Shown: positions 59,460-64,000 of the stretch, piece by piece | Position numbering within the stretch: the stretch's first letter is position 1 | Layout of the letters: every line of letters begins with the position of its first letter | Source of the DNA: Myxococcota bacterium | GTDB lineage: Bacteria > Myxococcota_A > UBA796 > CAJQPC01 | Reading direction: 5' to 3' | DNA: 64,000 nucleotides | NCBI GenBank assembly: GCA_036229005.1 | Contig: JAZAMN010000031.1 | Span: 64,001 to 128,000, forward strand | Position numbers and translations under genes: made by a program | Notes under the pieces: generated by a model | Seen by the model: only the letters and a program-made list of their open reading frames with translations | Database searches by the model: none | Told to the model about the DNA's origin: nothing

Positions 59460-60161
59460 ATGTCGACCTGGGTGGTGACCCCCACCTACAACGAGGCCCA
59501 GAACATCGAGCCTCTGCTCGCCGCCCTGCGGGCGCTCCCGGAGCCTCCGCAGGTGTTGGTGGTGGACGACAGCTCCCCCGACGGCACCGCCGAGCGGGTG
59601 GAGGCCTTCGCGGAGCGGGATCCTGGCGTCCACCTGCTGTCCCGTCCAGGCCCTGGTGGCCTCGCCGGCGCCTACCTGGCCGGGTTCGCCCACGCGCTGC
59701 ACCAAGGGGCAGCCAGAGTGGTGCAGATGGATGCGGACGGCTCCCACGATCCCCTCTCCCTCCCGGAGATGCTGGCCCACTCCGCCGATCTGGTCCTGGG
59801 GAGCCGCTACGTGTCCGGCGGTGGCACCCTGAACTGGCCCCTGCACCGCCGCGTCCTGTCCCGAGGGGGCAGCCTCTACGCCCGGAGCTGGCTGCGGCTG
59901 CCCTACCGGGACCTGACCGGCGGCTTCAAGGTCTGGGCCGCGCCCACCCTCAAGTCCGTGCTGGAGCGCCCTGTGCGCTCGGAGGGCTACAGCTTCCAGG
60001 TGGAGATGACGCTGCGGGCCCACCGGGGGGGCGCCGAGGTCGTGGAGCACCCCATCCAGTTCGTGGAGCGCACCCAAGGTGCGAGCAAGCTCAGCGGTGG
60101 AATCGTGTTGGAGGCGGTGTGGGTCGTGCCGGCTCTGGGCCTGGGACTTTGGCGGAGCTGA
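59460..60161 (+). CDS. polyprenol-monophosphomannose synthase (GT2, Ppm1/Dpm1-like)
   Basis: PTYNEA.NI, VVDDSSPDGT, QMDADGSH, GSRYV.GG, DLTGGFK, GYSFQVEM, FVER..G.SK. Confidence 0.93.
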   Translation: MSTWVVTPTYNEAQNIEPLLAALRALPEPPQVLVVDDSSPDGTAERVEAFAERDPGVHLLSRPGPGGLAGAYLAGFAHALHQGAARVVQMDADGSHDPLSLPEMLAHSADLVLGSRYVSGGGTLNWPLHRRVLSRGGSLYARSWLRLPYRDLTGGFKVWAAPTLKSVLERPVRSEGYSFQVEMTLRAHRGGAEVVEHPIQFVERTQGASKLSGGIVLEAVWVVPALGLGLWRS

Positions 60162-60228
60162 GCTTTGCGCGGTTGCCAGCGGGCAACAACCGGCTAAGAA
60201 CCCCTATCCACCGTTTGCAGGAGCAGAA

Positions 60229-60936
60229 GTGCGCCGCTTCGAGCTGATCGAGAAGAATGCTGCCAAGTTCTGGGCCATCGCGCGCGAGCGCGAGGTGCTC
60301 GTCACCCATTGGGGCAAGATTGGCCGCCAGGGCAAGCAGAAGAAGAAGATCTGCAAGGACTTCATGGTCGCCGAGCAGGAGTACGACCGGCTCATCCGCC
60401 AGAAGCTGCGGGCTGGATACACCGAGGTCCAGGAGGCCACCGAAGAGGTGGCCCCCATCCCCAGCCGCACGCTGGAGCTGGTCACCCTGGACGAGGAGAG
60501 CAGCTTCCTGGTGCGCCCCAAGGCCTACTACTACCTGGTCAAGCGCATGGTGGAGATCGGCCTGATCGACCGCTTCGTCGAGGGCAAGGACCTCTCCCGC
60601 TGGGACTGGCGCGCTGCCCGTCGCGCGGGCCTGGACGAGGTCCCTGATCCCGATCACGAGCAGTACGAGGAGTGGGAGACCAACTGGCTGCGCATGTCCG
60701 AGAAGGACCGCAGCGACTGGCCCGGGGGCCTGCAGGCCGCTGGCTGGAAGTTCCTCACCGGCAGCCACTGGCTGGTCCTCCCCGAGGAGTGCCAGCTCAT
60801 CGCGCAGCAGGTGGACAACATCGCCCCCAAGCGCCACAAGGCCACCGAGCTCCAGACCAAGTGGGTCAACGAGTGGGTCGCCTGGCACAAGAAGGCCGCC
60901 AAGCTGGGCGGCTACATCATCTACGCGGAAGACTGA
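60229..60936 (+). CDS. WGR-domain protein
   Basis: KFWAI...HWGKIGRQG...K...GY; GTG start after AGGAG. Confidence 0.85.
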   Translation: MRRFELIEKNAAKFWAIAREREVLVTHWGKIGRQGKQKKKICKDFMVAEQEYDRLIRQKLRAGYTEVQEATEEVAPIPSRTLELVTLDEESSFLVRPKAYYYLVKRMVEIGLIDRFVEGKDLSRWDWRAARRAGLDEVPDPDHEQYEEWETNWLRMSEKDRSDWPGGLQAAGWKFLTGSHWLVLPEECQLIAQQVDNIAPKRHKATELQTKWVNEWVAWHKKAAKLGGYIIYAED

Positions 60937-60945
60937 TCCCCACCC

Positions 60946-60968
60946 GGGGGCGTGCCCTTGACGCCCCC
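60946..60968. terminator. GC hairpin after the WGR gene (no U-tract)
   Basis: GGGGGCGT-N7-ACGCCCCC. Confidence 0.35.
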
Positions 60969-61006
60969 ACGGAGCTGCTTACCTGCCAAACACGCAGGAG
61001 GTCTTG

Positions 61007-61525
61007 ATGCTGACTGTGCTGGCACATGTTGTAGCGATGGCCGTTGCCCTCGTGTACGCGACCGCCGTGGAGTGGAGCATCCACCGATACGTGTTCCACG
61101 GGGCTGGCAAGAAGCGGGGCTCCCCCTTCTCCTTCCACTACTTCGAGCACCACAAGGCCTGCCGCCGCAACGGCAACTCCGACCCCGACTACCTGGAGGG
61201 AGGCCTCCGCTGGAGCCCCAGGACCCGAGAGATCGGCGGCATCCTGGGTGGCCTGGTGCTTCACCTGCCCATCGCGCTCCTGTCCTGGCCCGCCTACCTG
61301 ATGCTGGTCTTCCACGGAGCGCGCTACATCTACATGCATCACCGAAGCCACGTCGACGTTGAATGGTGCAAGCAGAACATGCCCTGGCACTACGATCACC
61401 ACATGGCCCCCAACCAGGACGCGAACTGGTGCGTCACCGGGGAGTGGTTCGACAAGCTCATGGGAACCCGGGTCCCCTACCTGACCGCCGAAGGACTCGA
61501 TCCCAAGCGGGACATGGCGGCATGA
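61007..61525 (+). CDS. fatty-acid hydroxylase/sterol desaturase family protein
   Basis: His boxes HRYVFH, HYFEHH, HHRSH and HYDHH; AGGAGG RBS. Confidence 0.85.
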   Translation: MLTVLAHVVAMAVALVYATAVEWSIHRYVFHGAGKKRGSPFSFHYFEHHKACRRNGNSDPDYLEGGLRWSPRTREIGGILGGLVLHLPIALLSWPAYLMLVFHGARYIYMHHRSHVDVEWCKQNMPWHYDHHMAPNQDANWCVTGEWFDKLMGTRVPYLTAEGLDPKRDMAA

Positions 61526-62433
61526 GCGATCCCCTGAACGCAAGCACAGCCCTCGTCTCCACCGCGCCGCTCCTCCCTGTACGCCAGGGGGGTGGCGATG
61601 CGTGGAGCAGCTACCTCAAGCGCATCCAGGCCGCGCCGCTGCTGACAGAGGAGGAGGAGCACGAGCTCGCCACCAAGTGGTACGAGAACCACGACCCCGC
61701 CGCCCGCGATGTGCTGCTGGGCTCGCACCTGCGCCTAGTGGTCTCTGTCGCCTCCAAGTACCAGCGCCAGTGGAGCCACCTGCCCGATCTGGTGCAGGAG
61801 GGCAGCATCGGCCTGCTGGAGGCGCTGCGGCGCTACGACCCCTACCGCGAGGTCCGCTTCTCCACCTACGCCCGCTACTGGATCCGGGCGATGATCCTGC
61901 GCTTTCTGCTGGACAACTGGTCGCTCGTGCGCGTCGGTGGGTCCCGCGCGGGCCGGCAGCTCTTCTTCCAGCTCCACAAGGAACGCCAGCACCTGGAGTC
62001 CCAGGGCGTGGACGCCTCCACCGCCCGCATCGCGGAGCGCACCGGCATCCCCCAGGAAGAGGTCGCGCGCATCGCCGGCCACCTGGACCGGCCGATCATG
62101 AACCTGGACGCCCCCGTGGGCGAAGAGGGGCGCAGCCTGGGCGAGACCGTCGCCGAGCCGCACCGCCCCAGCCCCGAGCACCAGGCCGCCCGCAGCGAGA
62201 TCGGCGAGCTCCTGCGCGTCCACCTGGAGCGCTTCGGCGCGGGCCTGGAGGGCCGCGAGCTGGAGATCTGGCAGCGCCGCCTGATGACCGACGACCCCGA
62301 GCCCCTCTCCCGCCTGGGGGACGACTTCGGGGTGTCCAAGCAGCGCGTCGGCCAGATGGAGAAGGGCATCAAGGAGCGGCTGCGCGGCAGCCTGGTCCGG
62401 GCCTTCGGCGATGACCTGGTGGTCGATCTCTGA
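61522..62433 (+). CDS. RNA polymerase sigma factor, sigma-32/RpoH-like
   Basis: LL..EEE.ELA, HLRLVV, DLVQEG.IGL..A..YDP..VRFSTYA.YWIRA, RpoH-box-like GRQLFFQL, FGVSKQRV.Q.E. Confidence 0.9.
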   Translation: MSDPLNASTALVSTAPLLPVRQGGGDAWSSYLKRIQAAPLLTEEEEHELATKWYENHDPAARDVLLGSHLRLVVSVASKYQRQWSHLPDLVQEGSIGLLEALRRYDPYREVRFSTYARYWIRAMILRFLLDNWSLVRVGGSRAGRQLFFQLHKERQHLESQGVDASTARIAERTGIPQEEVARIAGHLDRPIMNLDAPVGEEGRSLGETVAEPHRPSPEHQAARSEIGELLRVHLERFGAGLEGRELEIWQRRLMTDDPEPLSRLGDDFGVSKQRVGQMEKGIKERLRGSLVRAFGDDLVVDL

Positions 62434-62475
62434 GGACGGGCTCAAGCCGCATGGGTGGGGTCCGATTCCCCGGCC

Positions 62476-64000
62476 ATGCTCCTCCTCTTCGCCATCCCTG
62501 CGTACGCAGCCACCCTGACGGTCGGCAGCGGCGGTACCTACAGCACGATCTCCCAGGCCGTCGCGGCGGCCTCGGATGGTGACGTCATCGAGGTGTCCGC
62601 GGGCACGTTCGCCGAGTCCGTGGATCTGGCCGGCAAGGACGTGGACATCCAGGGCTCCGGCAGCACGACCATCATCACCCCCACCGGGGACTACGCCTTC
62701 CGCTGGGACGACGGCGAGTCCGGCTCCCTCTCCGAGCTGAGCATCGACGCCGGCAGCGCCCGCGCCTTCTACATCGAGGGCAGCTCCCCCAGCATCAGCG
62801 GCGTCGAGGTCGAGAACCTGGACGTCGGGTCCAAGCGCGGCGGCGTCGCCTACATCGACGGCGGCTCGCCCAGCTTCGAGGACATCGAGGCCACCGAGCC
62901 CAAGGCCCTGTGGGGCGCCGGCTTCTACATCATCGGGGGCGCCTCGGTGACCCTCACCAGCGTGGTCCTGGACGCCCCCGTCGCGGGCGGACAGGGTGGC
63001 GGCCTGTACATCGACGGCAGCACCGTCAGCATCGACGGCCTGGAGATCCTGGACCCCGAGGCCCTGCGCCGAGGAGCCGGGCTCTACATCACCGGCGCGA
63101 CCGTGGATGCCGTGGACCTGGAGCTCATCGGCGGCCGCAACGACAGCTACGGCGCCGGCCTCTACATCGAAGACTACGCCCAGGTCAGCCTCCAGGGCGG
63201 CGAGATCAGCGACTGCTTCGACAGCGTGACCCCTCGGGCGGACGGCGGCGGCATCTACGCCGACAGCGGAAGCCAGCTCACCCTGGATTCCGTGCTCTTC
63301 TCGGCGAACAAGGGCGCCAGCGGCGGGCACATCTTCCTGGACGCGGCCACCCTCACCCTGAGCGCCGTGGAGTTCGAGGACGGCGAGGCCACCAAGAGCG
63401 GCGGCGCGCTCTACCTGGAGGGCGCAGCCACGGCGAGCTGTACCGGGTGCACCTACAGCGGGAACGTCGCGGGTACAGACGGCGGGGCCATCCACCTGGC
63501 CAGCGGAACCGACTACAGCGACGAGGGCAGCGGCTTCGACGGCAACGAAGCCAGCGACGGCGGCGGCGCCATCTTCACCACCGACGGCATCAGCCTGGTG
63601 GACAGCCAGTTCATCAACCAGCTCTCCGGCGGCGCGGGCGGCGCGATCTACGTGGACGGCGGCTCGGGCACCCTGGAGCTCACCGGGGTGAGCCTCGACT
63701 CAAACACCGCTGGCACCGATGGCGGCGGCCTCTATCTCTCGGGAGGTGTGGATCTGAGCGTCAGCGACTCTGGGTTCACCTCCAACAGCGCGGGCGGAGA
63801 TGGCGCAGGCCTCTGTGTGGATCGCTCCGCCAGCGAGGTCACCGTCAGCGACACCAACTTCAAGAAGAACGCGGCCTCCGACCAGGGCGGCGGGCTCTAC
63901 ATCGCGGGCGCGGACACCGTCAGCCTCTGGGCCCTTGACCTGCGCAAGAACAGCGCGAAGGACGGCGGCGGCGCCTACATCGACGGCGTGACCGAGCTCA
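62476..64000 (+). CDS. secreted right-handed parallel beta-helix protein (GGAI/GGGLY repeats), runs off the right edge
   Basis: Manual translation MLLLFAIPAYAATLTVGSGGTYSTISQAVAAASDGDVIEVSAGTF...; repeated N.A..GG.IY units. Confidence 0.88.
   Translation, partial: MLLLFAIPAYAATLTVGSGGTYSTISQAVAAASDGDVIEVSAGTFAESVDLAGKDVDIQGSGSTTIITPTGDYAFRWDDGESGSLSELSIDAGSARAFYIEGSSPSISGVEVENLDVGSKRGGVAYIDGGSPSFEDIEATEPKALWGAGFYIIGGASVTLTSVVLDAPVAGGQGGGLYIDGSTVSIDGLEILDPEALRRGAGLYITGATVDAVDLELIGGRNDSYGAGLYIEDYAQVSLQGGEISDCFDSVTPRADGGGIYADSGSQLTLDSVLFSANKGASGGHIFLDAATLTLSAVEFEDGEATKSGGALYLEGAATASCTGCTYSGNVAGTDGGAIHLASGTDYSDEGSGFDGNEASDGGGAIFTTDGISLVDSQFINQLSGGAGGAIYVDGGSGTLELTGVSLDSNTAGTDGGGLYLSGGVDLSVSDSGFTSNSAGGDGAGLCVDRSASEVTVSDTNFKKNAASDQGGGLYIAGADTVSLWALDLRKNSAKDGGGAYIDGVTEL

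Overview
High-GC bacterial chromosomal DNA, most likely a Myxococcota/deltaproteobacterial lineage (inferred from a MYXO-CTERM-like tail, a DUF2330 protein, MopE-type DCDD repeats and a sigma-32 paralogue). About 55 genes can be supported. Housekeeping and metabolic genes include maeB, thiD, ychF, guaD, mscS, an M32 carboxypeptidase, an MPG glycosylase and two photolyases, alongside many secreted proteins and lipoproteins. One accessory island behind ychF carries a Lamassu/ABC-three-component defence operon with an HNH effector. The most unusual features are: (1) a five-gene trans-envelope signalling-like operon (FHA-wHTH regulator, Hanks kinase, barrel-OmpA, LysM-FecR-FN3, beta-barrel); (2) two sequence-unrelated intergenic elements sharing one architecture, inverted arms of 31-bp-period repeats between convergent genes; (3) a tandem trio of mosaic pseudo-hydrolase lipoproteins behind a G10 tract and a gene remnant; (4) window-wide ultra-short, uncharged signal peptides often followed by DTG/DS repeats; (5) a TetR-DUF1971 in-frame fusion with twin operators. 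No rRNA, tRNA, CRISPR array, integrase or transposase was seen. All family assignments come from motif recognition by eye, not from database searches.
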